This document shows positions 1 to 10,523 of a stretch of DNA of 64,000 nt, piece by piece. Every line of letters starts with the position of its first letter. Positions within the stretch are counted from its first letter, which is position 1. The stretch spans positions 15,317 through 79,316 of the forward strand of contig JBHHVJ010000010.1 of the NCBI GenBank assembly GCA_046754285.1. Direction: 5' to 3'. Both the position numbers and the translations under genes were made by a program. Below the pieces are notes generated by a model. It saw only the letters and a program-made list of their open reading frames with translations. It was not told the DNA's origin and did no database searches. The DNA comes from Myxococcota bacterium (GTDB taxonomy: Bacteria; Myxococcota_A; UBA9160; SZUA-336).

Positions 1-307
1 AGCAGACGCGGCGCTCTCCCCGGGCGCGGCAGCCCGCGATCGGAAAGAGCACGTCGCTGCGCCGCTGCGTCGGCGAGCGCAAGCGGGAGTAGAGCGGTCG
101 CACCTCGAAGAGCTCGAGCGGACCGTCGCGCTCACGGTGGACCAGCGGGCCGAGCGCGTGGGTCTCGCGCACGCCGGCCCAGTCCCTCGTATCCGAGCCG
201 TAGAACGGCCAGAGCCCCGGGCCAAACGGATCCTCCTCGGGCCCAATTCCGGTGGAGCGGCAGGCTCCGATCAGAAGCACAAGCGCGATCCAAGCCGCCG
301 CTCTCAA
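1..307 (-). CDS. Hypothetical lipoprotein, runs off the window edge
   Basis: Manual translation from TTG 307, overlapping the mlaD stop: MRAAAWIALVLLIGAC-RSTGIGPEEDPFGPGLWPFY...; lipobox-like LIGAC; open to position 1; not in the ORF track. Confidence 0.6.
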   Translation of the reverse strand, partial: MRAAAWIALVLLIGACRSTGIGPEEDPFGPGLWPFYGSDTRDWAGVRETHALGPLVHRERDGPLELFEVRPLYSRLRSPTQRRSDVLFPIAGCRARGERRVC

Positions 308-1224
308 AAGAGCGAGCCGAAGATCGTCGTGAGGATGGTCGCAGGGATCTGCTCCTGGGTCTCCTCCGCGGCGCGTCGTACTTCTCGCAGGGCCGCACGC
401 ACATCGGCGATGACGGCGTCGACCTCGTTGTAGAGGTCCTCATCGGAGAGCAGCTTGCCGAGCGTGCCCTCACCCCGCTCCAGCCGTTCGGAGAGCCTGG
501 CCAGGTTCTCGAGCGCGCCGTTCAGGGTGCCCGACGCGCTGTGAAGCGACTCGATCATCTCCTCGATGCGTCCACGATTTCCCTCGGTCAGGCTTGCCAG
601 GTCGCTCGAGAACGAGTCCATGTTCTGCACGATGCGCTCGATGCCCCGCTCGTTTTGCTCCACGATGCGTCGTAGATCGCCGCTCACCGAGCGGACGTTG
701 GCCAGGATCTCGTGAAGCGCCTCCTCCCCTTCGGCGTTCCCGAGCACGTTGCGGAAGGTGGCGGAGACCTCCTTGATGTCCCCTGCGATTCCGTTGAGTC
801 GGTCCAGGAGCTCATCGACGTCGGCCGCGGCCTGCGTGCGCGTGAAGTGTCCTCCGCTCGAGAGCATCTGGCCGGACTCGCCCGGCACGATCTCGACCAC
901 CTTCTCACCGAGCAGCCCGCGCGAGCGAATCGCCACGAGCGAGTCGATGGGAAGCTCGAGGTCCGGCTTCTCGATTCTCAGGATGACGCGCGCTTGGTGA
1001 CCGTCGAGCTCGATGTCATCGACCTTCCCCACGGGAACGCCGGCCACCAGCACGTCGGTCTCACGGTCGAGGCCAGCCACGTTCTCGAAGCGCGCGCTCA
1101 AACGACGCCCCTCGCGCCCGAACAGGCCCGGAAGCGCCCCGATCTGGAGCGTGCCCCACATGAGCAGCCCGAAGGTCGCAAGCACGAAGAGGCCCACGAC
1201 GAGCTCGGCTCGGCTTCGGTTCAT
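304..1224 (-). CDS. mlaD: MCE/MlaD family protein
   Basis: N-terminal TM, MCE motifs (GL...V.VAGVPVGKV, GLLGEK.VEI.PG), long helical C-terminus; follows mlaE/mlaF. Confidence 0.9.
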   Translation of the reverse strand: MNRSRAELVVGLFVLATFGLLMWGTLQIGALPGLFGREGRRLSARFENVAGLDRETDVLVAGVPVGKVDDIELDGHQARVILRIEKPDLELPIDSLVAIRSRGLLGEKVVEIVPGESGQMLSSGGHFTRTQAAADVDELLDRLNGIAGDIKEVSATFRNVLGNAEGEEALHEILANVRSVSGDLRRIVEQNERGIERIVQNMDSFSSDLASLTEGNRGRIEEMIESLHSASGTLNGALENLARLSERLERGEGTLGKLLSDEDLYNEVDAVIADVRAALREVRRAAEETQEQIPATILTTIFGSLF

Positions 1225-1240
1225 CGCCTCGCAGGCCCCC

Positions 1241-2038
1241 TCATGGCTGGCTACCGATGCTCATGGGCCCGAGCGCCCGTCCCTGGATGAACTGCTGCAC
1301 GATGGGGTCCTCGCTGCGCCGGATCCGCTCCGGACGATCGCAGAGGAGTATGCGCCCCTCGTAGAGCATCGCGATACGGTCCGCGATCTTGTACGCACTC
1401 GTCATGTCGTGTGTGATCGTGAGGGTCGTGACCCCGAGCCGCTCCTTCATCTGCAAGATCAGCTCGCTGATCGTATCGGACATCACCGGATCGAGCCCGC
1501 TGGTCGGCTCGTCACAGAAGAGAATCGCCGGATCGTGGGCAATGGCCCGCGCCAGACCCACCCGCTTGCGCATGCCTCCGGAGAGCTCGCCGGGTCGCTT
1601 GTCCCCCACGCCACGCAGGCCCACCATCTTGAGCTTTTCCTCGGCGATCATGCGCAGCTCGCGCTCCCCGTAGCCCCGGTCCTGGAGGGCGAAGGTCACG
1701 TTCTCCCAGACCGTCAGGGAGTCGAAAAGGGCTCCGAACTGGAAGAGCACGCCGATGCGCTGCATCACTCCGTAGAGCTCGTCCTGGCCCGCACGAACGA
1801 TGTCCACCCCATCGACCCAGATCTCGCCGCGCTCGGGCCTCATCAGCCCGATCATCAGCTTGAGCAGAACCGACTTTCCGGCCCCGCTGCCGCCAATCAC
1901 GACCAGGCTCTCGCCCGCAGCCACATCGAGGGAGACGCCCCGATGCACCCAGTCCTCGCTGCCCGCAAAACGCGTCCAGACCTCCCGGACGGAGACGGTT
2001 CCGAGACCGTGTTCGAGCTTGGGCGCCACGGCTGCCAT
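1241..2038 (-). CDS. mlaF: ABC transporter ATP-binding protein, MlaF/Mkl type
   Basis: Walker A GGSGAGKS, FQFGALFDSLTV, LSGGMRKRVGLARA, DEPTSGLDP; ATG 2038 overlaps the mlaE stop. Confidence 0.92.
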   Translation of the reverse strand: MAAVAPKLEHGLGTVSVREVWTRFAGSEDWVHRGVSLDVAAGESLVVIGGSGAGKSVLLKLMIGLMRPERGEIWVDGVDIVRAGQDELYGVMQRIGVLFQFGALFDSLTVWENVTFALQDRGYGERELRMIAEEKLKMVGLRGVGDKRPGELSGGMRKRVGLARAIAHDPAILFCDEPTSGLDPVMSDTISELILQMKERLGVTTLTITHDMTSAYKIADRIAMLYEGRILLCDRPERIRRSEDPIVQQFIQGRALGPMSIGSQP

Positions 2039-2805
2039 CAGAAGAAGTACGCCGTCACGAGGTAGTTGATCACGAAGATCAGGCCAATCGAGACCACCAC
2101 AGCTCGGTTGACCGCATAGCCCACCTCGCGTGCACCCCCCCGGACCCGATAGCCCTGGTAGCAGCCGATGAGTGCGAGCGTCAGCCCGAAGAGCGCCGCC
2201 TTGAACAGACCCACCGCGATGTCCTCGAGGTCGAGAAACTGGACGGTGCGCTTGTAGTAGGTCTCCGGGCTGTTGCCCAGTGCGTTCACCGCAATGAAGC
2301 GCCCCGCGAGGATGCCCAGCAGGTCCGAGAACACCACGAGACACGGGAGCATCACCGTACCGGCCCAGATCCGCGGCACGATCAGGTAGTGGATCGGGTT
2401 GGTGGCGAGCGTGTGCAGGGCGTCGATCTGCTCCGTGACCCGCATCGTCCCAAGCTCCGCCGCCATGGCGCTCGATACGCGTCCCGCCACCATGATTCCG
2501 GTCAACACCGGACCGAGCTCACGCGTCATCGACAGGGCCACCACCGTCGCCACCAGGTTCTCCGCACCGAAGAGACGGAAGGCGCTCGCAGTCTGCAGCG
2601 CCATCACCGCGCCGGTGAAAGCTCCCGTGACGATCACGACGGGGATGGAGTAGACCCCCACGTGAAGGCACTGCTGCACGAAGAGACGGAAGCGCAGGGG
2701 CCGGCGCGGTGTCCAACGCAACGAGTCCCAGAAGACCAGCAGGACGCGCCCGCACTCTTCGACCCCCACCAGCGTCCGCGCGCCGAGCGCAGAGATCCAG
2801 CCCAT
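2038..2805 (-). CDS. mlaE: MlaE family ABC permease
   Basis: RELGPVLT, AAELGTMRVTEQIDAL, P..YLIVPR motifs; ATG 2805 overlaps the alr stop. Confidence 0.92.
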   Translation of the reverse strand: MGWISALGARTLVGVEECGRVLLVFWDSLRWTPRRPLRFRLFVQQCLHVGVYSIPVVIVTGAFTGAVMALQTASAFRLFGAENLVATVVALSMTRELGPVLTGIMVAGRVSSAMAAELGTMRVTEQIDALHTLATNPIHYLIVPRIWAGTVMLPCLVVFSDLLGILAGRFIAVNALGNSPETYYKRTVQFLDLEDIAVGLFKAALFGLTLALIGCYQGYRVRGGAREVGYAVNRAVVVSIGLIFVINYLVTAYFF

Positions 2806-3932
2806 CAGTCGGCCCGCAGGACGCGCGGGACACGCGGGCCGACTCCCGCCAGGATCTCGTACGCGATCGTCCCCACCGCAGCGGCCAGCTCCTCGACCCG
2901 GATCTCCACGTCTCCCTTTCGGCCGAAAATGAGGATTTCTTCCCCCGGCTGGATGGTGGAGTCCGGCCCCGCGTCCGCGATGGCCAAATCCATCGAGACC
3001 CGTCCCACGAGCGGCAGCCGCTTCTGACCCCAGCCCACGCGGAAGCGGCCGCCGGCCGCTCGGGGGAGCCCATCCGCGTAGCCAATCGGGAGGCAGAGCA
3101 AGCGTGTGGTCCTCTCCGTCGTGAAGGTGGCACCGTATCCGATTCGTGCTCCCTTCGGAACTTCCCTCCGATGCAGAACCCGCGTGCAGAGTGTCATGAC
3201 GGGCTCGAGCCCGTGGCCCCCGTCCAACGTGGGGTCGGCCCCGTAGAGCAGCAGGCCGATGCGCACGGCGGTCGTCCCGGGCGTCGGGCCATGAATCAGC
3301 CCGGCCGAGCCGTCCATGTGGATCCATTCCGGACGCAGTCCGCGATCGGCGCCGCAGGCGACCAGCTCAGCAAAGCGCTTCCGCTGCCGGAGCGGCGACG
3401 CCGACGCCGGATCGTCCGCCTCCGCGAGGTGGCTCATCAGGCCCCGGCAGTCCAGCCACGGGCTTTGATGCACGCGCACGAGAAGCTCCCCCGCGTCCTC
3501 TGGCCTGAGCCCCAGGCGACCCATTCCGGTGTCGAACTTGAGGTGGACGGGAGCCGGTCGCCCCGCCCGCTGACCGGCGGCTTCGAGCGGAGCGAGCAGA
3601 GACGGATCGGCCAGGACCAGGATGGCGTCCAGCTCGAGCGCCGCGTCGCAGTCCCGGACGTCGTGCACGCCCTGGAGCAGCAGCAGCCCCCCCCCCACGC
3701 CCGCTTCACGCAGCTCGCGAGCCTCCTCGAGCGAGGCCACCGCGAGTGCGTCGCAGCCGTCCGCCTCGAGCCGCCGGGCCACGGTCGGTGCGCCGTGGCC
3801 GTAGGCGTCGGCCTTCACGACGCCGATCACCCGCCGCGGGCCGGCACGGCGCCGCACCCAGGCCAGATTGCGTGTCAGCGCGCCGAGGTCGATCTCGGCC
3901 CGGGTCGGTCTTCCCTCGATGCCAGCGCCCAC
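2805..3932 (-). CDS. alr: Alanine racemase
   Basis: VVKADAYGHG (PLP lysine), HLKFDTGMGRLG, IGYADG, GRVSMD; start set at GTG 3932. Confidence 0.93.
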   Translation of the reverse strand: MGAGIEGRPTRAEIDLGALTRNLAWVRRRAGPRRVIGVVKADAYGHGAPTVARRLEADGCDALAVASLEEARELREAGVGGGLLLLQGVHDVRDCDAALELDAILVLADPSLLAPLEAAGQRAGRPAPVHLKFDTGMGRLGLRPEDAGELLVRVHQSPWLDCRGLMSHLAEADDPASASPLRQRKRFAELVACGADRGLRPEWIHMDGSAGLIHGPTPGTTAVRIGLLLYGADPTLDGGHGLEPVMTLCTRVLHRREVPKGARIGYGATFTTERTTRLLCLPIGYADGLPRAAGGRFRVGWGQKRLPLVGRVSMDLAIADAGPDSTIQPGEEILIFGRKGDVEIRVEELAAAVGTIAYEILAGVGPRVPRVLRAD

Positions 3933-3941
3933 TTGGCGCTG

Positions 3942-3947
3942 ATCATA
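3942..3947 (-). promoter_or_regulatory. Putative -10 element (TATGAT) for alr-mlaEFD
   Basis: TATGAT on the minus strand, 9 nt before GTG 3932; no SD. Confidence 0.5.
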
Positions 3948-3952
3948 GCGCG

Positions 3953-3982
3953 TTGACAGGCCGCGAAGGCGTAGCCTACCGT
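3953..3982 (+). promoter_or_regulatory. Putative sigma70 promoter for thiS-thiG-thiE
   Basis: TTGACA (3953-3958), 18 nt spacer, TACCGT (3977-3982), 8 nt before GTG 3991. Confidence 0.6.
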
Positions 3983-3990
3983 CCACGGAT

Positions 3991-4191
3991 GTGAGGTTCG
4001 AACTCAACGGTGAGCCGCAGGAGGTCGAGGAGCCCTTGGCGCTGCGCTCCCTGCTCGAGCGCTTCGACCTGCTCGAGCGCCGCGTCGCGGTCGCGATCAA
4101 CACGAGGGTCGTGCCACGCTCGCGCTTCGATCAGGTCGAGATCCGCGACGGAGACCGCGTCGAGGTGATCCAGGCGGTCGGCGGGGGCTGA
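3991..4191 (+). CDS. thiS: Sulfur carrier protein ThiS
   Basis: 66 aa ubiquitin-like protein, C-terminal VGGG, directly upstream of thiG. Confidence 0.93.
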   Translation: MRFELNGEPQEVEEPLALRSLLERFDLLERRVAVAINTRVVPRSRFDQVEIRDGDRVEVIQAVGGG

Positions 4192-4193
4192 GG

Positions 4194-4966
<773 letters not shown>

Positions 4967-4970
<4 letters not shown>

Positions 4971-5578
4971 TTCCCCGGCTCTGCTTCATCGCGGATTCCG
5001 AGCGCGGCAGCGGGGGCCGTCCCCTCGAAGAGGTCGTGCTCCAGGCCCTCGCGGCCGGTGCGGAAATGGTGATCGTGCGCGAGCGCGGGCGCTCCGATGC
5101 GGAGCTCTCGGCGCTCCTGGATCAGATCGCGGCCCGGAGACCGGCCGGGTGCCGTGTGCTGGTCAGCCGGCGCCTGGATCTGGTCCGTGCCTGCGGCCTG
5201 GATGGCGTGCACCTCGCGGCCGACGCCGTCCCGCTGCCGCAGGCGCGCGCCTGGCTGGGTCCCGAGGCCCTGATTGGCTACTCGGCACATTCCGCTGCAG
5301 AGGCTCGCCGGGCGGCCGAAGAAGGGGCAAGCTATGTCACGCTTTCGCCGATCTACCCCACAGGCTCCAAGCCTGGGGCAGCCGGCCGAGGGGCCGCCTG
5401 GCTGGCCCGGGCCACGGGGACCCTGCCGATTCCGGTGCTCGCCCTGGGTGGGATGACCCCCGCCCGGGTGCAGGAGGTCCGGGCGGCGGGGGCGTGGGGT
5501 GTCGCAGCCGTCTCCGCGATCGGAGCTGCGCCGAAGATCGAGGAAGTGGTTCAGGAGTTCCGCCGTGCGCTGGGCTGA
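4967..5578 (+). CDS. Thiamine phosphate synthase family protein (ThiE/TenI), possibly TenI-like
   Basis: [26 protein letters not shown]; GTGA overlap with thiG; lacks the ThiE ND and GQ.D motifs. Confidence 0.8.
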
Positions 5579-5588
5579 GAGGAGAACG

Positions 5589-6956
5589 ATGACACGCGCT
5601 CTGATGACCGTCTTGCTGGCGTTGAGCCTGGTGAGCTGCACGGGGATGGGCCGGGCCCGGGCGGACGCGTTGGACGCGCTCCAGGCGCGCATCATCCGCG
5701 TGAGCGAGCAGGTGAGCCCCTCGGTCGTCCACATCGAGGCGGCGGTCCGGATCAACAACCGACGCAAGCTGGTGACCGGCTCCGGTGTGCTGACCGACTC
5801 CAACGGGATCGTGCTCACGAACGAGCACGTGGTCGAACGTGCAGAGAAGGTCACCGTCGTGGTTCCTGGACGTCCGGGACACTACCAGGCCGAGGTCGTC
5901 GGCACGGACAAGCAGACCGATCTCGCGGTGCTGCGCATTGAGCCCCGGGAAGGTGACCCTCCGTTTCCCGCGGCCCGACTCGGGAACTCGGAGAACCTAC
6001 AGGTGGGCGAGTGGGTGATCGCGATCGGGAACCCCTACGGGCTCGACGGGACGGTTTCGCTCGGGATCATCTCGGCCAAGGGTCGCGACCTGCAGGCGGA
6101 CAACCTGCTCAACGACTTCATCCAGACCGACGCGATGATCGACCGCGGATCGTCCGGCGGGCCTCTGATCGATCTCGACGGCGCGGTGGTGGGCATCAAC
6201 TCCCGCGGTCAAGGGCGCGGCATTGGGTTCACGATCCCGATCGACACGGCCAAGCGCGTCGCCAAGGAACTGCTCGGGGACGGACGCATCGCGAGGGGCT
6301 ACCTCGGGGTGACGATTCAGCCGCTCGACCGGGAGCTCGCCGAGTACTGGGGCTTGCCGGACGTGCACGGCGTGATCGTCAACGGGATCGTTCACGACTC
6401 GCCCGCGGCGGTGGCCGGGCTCAAGCCAGGGGACATCGTCCTGCGCTTCGACGGCTCCGATGTCCGCGCCGAGAAGGACGAGGATCTCGGAAGCTTCCAG
6501 CGCCTGGTTGCCCGCACGCTGGTCGGCAAGAAGGTCAGCATCGAAGTGCTGCGCAAGGGCGAGCGCGAGACGCTCGACGTCACGCTCGCCGTGCAACCCA
6601 AGGTCGTGCCCGACGAGGAGGAGACGGACTTCGGCTTTACGGTGCAGGAGGTCACCGCCCGGTTGGAGCGGATTCACCGGCTGGAGTCGCGCGAGGGCGT
6701 GCTCGTCTCGTTCGTCGAGAACGGCTCGGAGGCGGCCGAGGCGGGGCTCGCGTCGGGGGATCTGATTGAGCGCTTGGACGGCCGAAGCCTGGAGGGGATC
6801 GACGGCTTCCGCGCGGCGATCTCGGAGCTGAGCGACCAGCGACCCTTCCTGCTGCAGGCACGCCGTGGTGAGAACACTCGCTTCGTTCTGATCGTGCCGC
6901 GCATCTCGGAGCGGCGGGTGGAGAGTCCCCTGGAGCCCGATCGTGACGGGGGCTGA
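5589..6956 (+). CDS. DegP/HtrA-family serine protease with two PDZ domains, probable lipoprotein
   Basis: Signal ending LVSC; TNEHVV, TDLAVL, GSSGGPL triad; two PDZ-like segments; SD upstream. Confidence 0.88.
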   Translation: MTRALMTVLLALSLVSCTGMGRARADALDALQARIIRVSEQVSPSVVHIEAAVRINNRRKLVTGSGVLTDSNGIVLTNEHVVERAEKVTVVVPGRPGHYQAEVVGTDKQTDLAVLRIEPREGDPPFPAARLGNSENLQVGEWVIAIGNPYGLDGTVSLGIISAKGRDLQADNLLNDFIQTDAMIDRGSSGGPLIDLDGAVVGINSRGQGRGIGFTIPIDTAKRVAKELLGDGRIARGYLGVTIQPLDRELAEYWGLPDVHGVIVNGIVHDSPAAVAGLKPGDIVLRFDGSDVRAEKDEDLGSFQRLVARTLVGKKVSIEVLRKGERETLDVTLAVQPKVVPDEEETDFGFTVQEVTARLERIHRLESREGVLVSFVENGSEAAEAGLASGDLIERLDGRSLEGIDGFRAAISELSDQRPFLLQARRGENTRFVLIVPRISERRVESPLEPDRDGG

Positions 6957-7034
6957 GATGAATACCCGCATCGCGGGCCCGGTCCATCGAACGTGGGGCG
7001 CCCCAGGGGGGTCCCAGAGAGGGAGAATCGAGAA

Positions 7035-8489
7035 ATGAGAGGTCGTCGTTTCCTCTTCGTTGCCGTGCTCGCCGCCGGCGGTCTGATCGCGCTTTCGCAG
7101 ACCCTCGTGATCGACGTCGACCTGAGGATGAACCAGGCCGCCGCGATCCCGGAGGTCTTCTGGCACGAGGGCGATGACCGCCCCACCCTCGGCCGGCCCG
7201 ACTCGTTTGCGGACCTGGCCGAGTCGCTCTCGCCCGCCGTGGTGAACATCCAGACCGAGCGCACGACCGAGTCCCGATTCGGAACACCGGAGGATCTCTT
7301 CGAGGAGTTCTTTGGGCACGGCGCTCCACGCCAGCGCAAGCGCCGCCACTTCCGATCGGAATCAACGGGCTCGGGCTTCCTGATCTCGAGGGACGGCTAC
7401 ATCGTGACGAACAATCACGTGGTCGAGAACGCGGACCGTATCGTCGCCGTTTTCGAGGACGGCCGTGAGCTCGAGGCGAAGACCGTCGGCCGTGATCCCA
7501 AGACCGATCTCGCCCTGCTCAAGGTCGACCCCGACGACGATCTCCCCTTTGCTCCGCTCGGAGACTCGGATCGAGTGCGTGTGGGCGACTGGGTGATGGC
7601 GATCGGGAACCCGTTCGGCCTCGACCACACGGTGACGGTGGGCATCCTCTCGGCGAGGGGCCGCAACATCAACGCCGGGCCCTACGACGACTTCCTGCAG
7701 ACCGACGCGAGCATCAACCCCGGAAACTCCGGCGGTCCGCTGATCGACATGAACGGCCGCGTGGTGGGGATCAACACGGCCATCAACGCGGCGGGACAGG
7801 GCATCGGCTTCGCGATTCCGATCAACATGGTCAAGGAGCTGCTGCCGCAGCTGCGCGCGTCGGGCCACGTCACGAGAGGCTGGCTCGGCGTACAGATCCA
7901 GCGTGTGACCCCGGCGCTCGCCGAGTCCTTCGGCCTCGAGGAAGCGCGCGGCGCTCTGATCTCCCAGGTCTTCGAGGACAGCCCAGCCGAGAAGGCGCAG
8001 CTCGAGCGCGGCGACGTGATCATCCGGTTCAACGAGACCGAGATCCGCAGCTACGAGGACCTGCCGCGTCGTGTGGCCTCGACCGCGCCGGGAAGCGCCG
8101 TCGACGTCGTCGTGCTGCGCGATGGAAAGCGCAAGACGCTCAAGGCCGTGCTCGAGCGGATGGAGTCGGACGAGGAGGAGATCGCCCTGACGTCGCACCA
8201 CAGCGGCAGCTCTGACTGGGGCTTCGAGGTTCGGGAGCTGACCCCCGGCCTGAGCGAGCAGCTCGGACTGCCCGAGAAGACGGAAGGCGTGCTGATCGAG
8301 AGCGTCGATCCCGACGGACCGGCGGCACGGGCGGGCGTGAGACGGGGGGATGTGATCCTCGAAGCCGACAAGCACGAGCTCGATGCGCTCGAGGACCTCG
8401 AGAAGGTGCTCGGGAAGAGCGACGACCGGCTCGTCCTGCTGCTCCAGCGCGGGGAGAGCACGCTGTATCTCGCGCTCGAACGCGACTGA
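7035..8489 (+). CDS. degP: Do/DegQ family serine protease
   Basis: TNNHVV, KTDLALLK, QTDASINPGNSGGPL; two PDZ domains. Confidence 0.9.
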   Translation: MRGRRFLFVAVLAAGGLIALSQTLVIDVDLRMNQAAAIPEVFWHEGDDRPTLGRPDSFADLAESLSPAVVNIQTERTTESRFGTPEDLFEEFFGHGAPRQRKRRHFRSESTGSGFLISRDGYIVTNNHVVENADRIVAVFEDGRELEAKTVGRDPKTDLALLKVDPDDDLPFAPLGDSDRVRVGDWVMAIGNPFGLDHTVTVGILSARGRNINAGPYDDFLQTDASINPGNSGGPLIDMNGRVVGINTAINAAGQGIGFAIPINMVKELLPQLRASGHVTRGWLGVQIQRVTPALAESFGLEEARGALISQVFEDSPAEKAQLERGDVIIRFNETEIRSYEDLPRRVASTAPGSAVDVVVLRDGKRKTLKAVLERMESDEEEIALTSHHSGSSDWGFEVRELTPGLSEQLGLPEKTEGVLIESVDPDGPAARAGVRRGDVILEADKHELDALEDLEKVLGKSDDRLVLLLQRGESTLYLALERD

Positions 8490-8498
8490 GTCGCACCC

Positions 8499-9167
8499 TC
8501 AGTGGGCGATCAGAAGCCGGAGCCGATTGCCGACCTTCTCCGCATGGTCGGCGAGGTCACCGATCCAGCCGATGATCTGATACCAGAAGATCACGCTCAC
8601 CGGCGGCAGAGAGTCCTCGAGCCGGAAGAGCTCGCGTTCGAGCTGGGTCTCCAGGAGGTCGGTCTGGCTCTCCAGAGCTCCGAGCTCGTTGATCATCGCC
8701 TCGACATGATCGGCCTCGCGGCCGCGGAACCCGATCTCCACGAGCTCATCGAGCGTGTCGATCACCTCTCCCGCACGCCCGCAGGTGCGCTGCACGGCCT
8801 GCAGGAGCTCGAAGAGGGGATCCCGCATCGGCTCGGGCACGGGCATCGGTCGGGCCACCAGGATCTCTGCGATGTCCTGGGCCCGGTCGGCGATCGTGTC
8901 CTGCAGATCGAGAATCTCAAGTAGATCGCGACGGTCCACCGGAAGCAGCAGGCGCCGGGGCAGGTGCGCACGCAGATCGTTCTTGAGCGCATCCGCCTTC
9001 GACTCGAGCTCGTCGATCTGACGCTGGACTCGGTGCAGACCCTCCCGGTCGTCCCGGGCGAGCGCTTCGAAGAGCGGAAGAACCTGGCGCGCGCACTCGA
9101 GCGACACCCGCATATGCTCCTGCATGGGCTTGAAGGGCGACTTCGCAAAGAGGTCGAAGATCGACAT
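8499..9167 (-). CDS. DUF47 / PhoU-like phosphate transport regulator
   Basis: LFAKSPFKPMQEHM, E..AD.LK, QD.IAD.A.D; SD AGGAGG; downstream of pit. Confidence 0.88.
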   Translation of the reverse strand: MSIFDLFAKSPFKPMQEHMRVSLECARQVLPLFEALARDDREGLHRVQRQIDELESKADALKNDLRAHLPRRLLLPVDRRDLLEILDLQDTIADRAQDIAEILVARPMPVPEPMRDPLFELLQAVQRTCGRAGEVIDTLDELVEIGFRGREADHVEAMINELGALESQTDLLETQLERELFRLEDSLPPVSVIFWYQIIGWIGDLADHAEKVGNRLRLLIAH

Positions 9168-9177
9168 TCCGAGCCTC

Positions 9178-10428
9178 CTAGGGTGCAAGCCCCTTGAAGA
9201 AGTAGAAGAAGAAGATCGAGAGCCCCGCGCCCACGGGGATGGTCACGATCCACGAGAGCACGATCCGGCCCACCACCCGATAGTCCAGCGCTCCGATCCC
9301 GCGCGCCAGCCCCACGCCGAGCACGGCCCCAACCAGGACGTGCGTGGTCGAGACCGGGATCCCCAGACGGCTGGCCAGCACGATCGTCGTGGCGGCCGCA
9401 AACTCGGCCGTGAAGCCGCGCGAGGGCGTGAGCTCAGTGATGCGGCGGCCGATCGTGGCCATCACCCGGTAGCCGAGCGTCGCCAGCCCGACGACGATTC
9501 CGAGGCCCCCCACGACCAGGAGCAGCGGGGCCACCGGGGCCGTGGCTTCGAGCAGACCCGTCTGCCGGATGCTGAGCACCGCGGCCATGGGGCCGATCGC
9601 ATTGGCCACGTCGTTCGAGCCGTGCGCGAACGCGACCGCGCAGGCGCTCAGCACCTGGAGCACACCGAACATGCGCTCCACGGCCGCGAAGTGGAAGCTT
9701 CGATCGGCCTCTGGATCGATCCGCATGCGGCGCAAGACCCGATGGCCGATGAGGGCCGCCACGGCCGCGAGCGCCGTGCCCCGGAGCAGCGCCTCCGAGA
9801 GCGAGAAATCCAGGTGCAGATGTCGGAGGCCCTTGAAGAGCGTGACGAGCGCGATCACCTCGACGACCGCGAAGATGTACACGGGTCCCCAGCGCCGCAT
9901 CTGCTGCACCGGATCGCTGTGGTCGAGGATCGTGCGACGGACTGCCAGGAACACCAAGAACGCCGCCGTGCCGGAGAGCAGCGGCGAGATGCCCCACGAC
10001 GCGACGATGCGCAGCAGGCGTTGCCACTCGATCGCCTCGCTGCCGAAGGCCACCAGACCGAAGCCCGCGATGGCGCCCACGATCGAGTGCGTGGTCGAGA
10101 CCGGCCAGCCGAGCCGCGAAGCCAGAATCAGCCAGCTTCCCGCCGCGACCAGGGAGGCGAGCATGCCGTAGACCAGGAGATCCGGCGAGGTCTGCACGAT
10201 GGCGGAGTCCAGGATGCCGCCCCGGATCGTCTTGGTCACCTGGCCGCCCGCCAGGAAGGCGCCCAGGAACTCGAAGACCGCGGCGACGAGGATCGCCTGG
10301 CGCAGCGTGAGCGCCCGTGATCCGACCGACGTGCCCATCGCGTTCGCCGCGTCGTTGGCTCCGATCGAGTAGGCCATGTACAGGCCCAGCCCGAGGGCGA
10401 GCGCGATCGCGAGATCGGCTGGCGGCAT
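9178..10428 (-). CDS. pitA: Inorganic phosphate transporter (Pit family)
   Basis: GANDAANAMGTSVG and HGSNDVANA signature repeats; PVSTTH twice. Confidence 0.92.
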   Translation of the reverse strand: MPPADLAIALALGLGLYMAYSIGANDAANAMGTSVGSRALTLRQAILVAAVFEFLGAFLAGGQVTKTIRGGILDSAIVQTSPDLLVYGMLASLVAAGSWLILASRLGWPVSTTHSIVGAIAGFGLVAFGSEAIEWQRLLRIVASWGISPLLSGTAAFLVFLAVRRTILDHSDPVQQMRRWGPVYIFAVVEVIALVTLFKGLRHLHLDFSLSEALLRGTALAAVAALIGHRVLRRMRIDPEADRSFHFAAVERMFGVLQVLSACAVAFAHGSNDVANAIGPMAAVLSIRQTGLLEATAPVAPLLLVVGGLGIVVGLATLGYRVMATIGRRITELTPSRGFTAEFAAATTIVLASRLGIPVSTTHVLVGAVLGVGLARGIGALDYRVVGRIVLSWIVTIPVGAGLSIFFFYFFKGLAP

Positions 10429-10479
10429 CGGTCCGGCTCTCCCCCCTCGCGTGCGCGGCAGCGCCCGGCAGGCGGCCGC

Positions 10480-10488
10480 ACTATAGCA
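10480..10488 (-). promoter_or_regulatory. Putative extended -10 (TGCTATAGT) for pit-DUF47
   Basis: TGn-TATAGT about 50 nt upstream of ATG 10428, with a G-rich SD between. Confidence 0.45.
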
Positions 10489-10523
10489 TGCCTCGTCCGC
10501 CGCTCCACTCCAGCCCAGCGAGC

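Noticed and set aside
3627-3636. C10 run (G10 on the alr coding strand) as a phase-variation tract
   Set aside because: The frame is intact (encodes VGGG), alr is an unlikely contingency gene, and such runs are plausible at this GC; read-level length variation would be needed
3933-3990. TPP riboswitch upstream of thiS-thiG
   Set aside because: Only 58 bp separate alr and thiS, and two divergent promoter elements fill them; no room for an aptamer and no CUGAGA core seen
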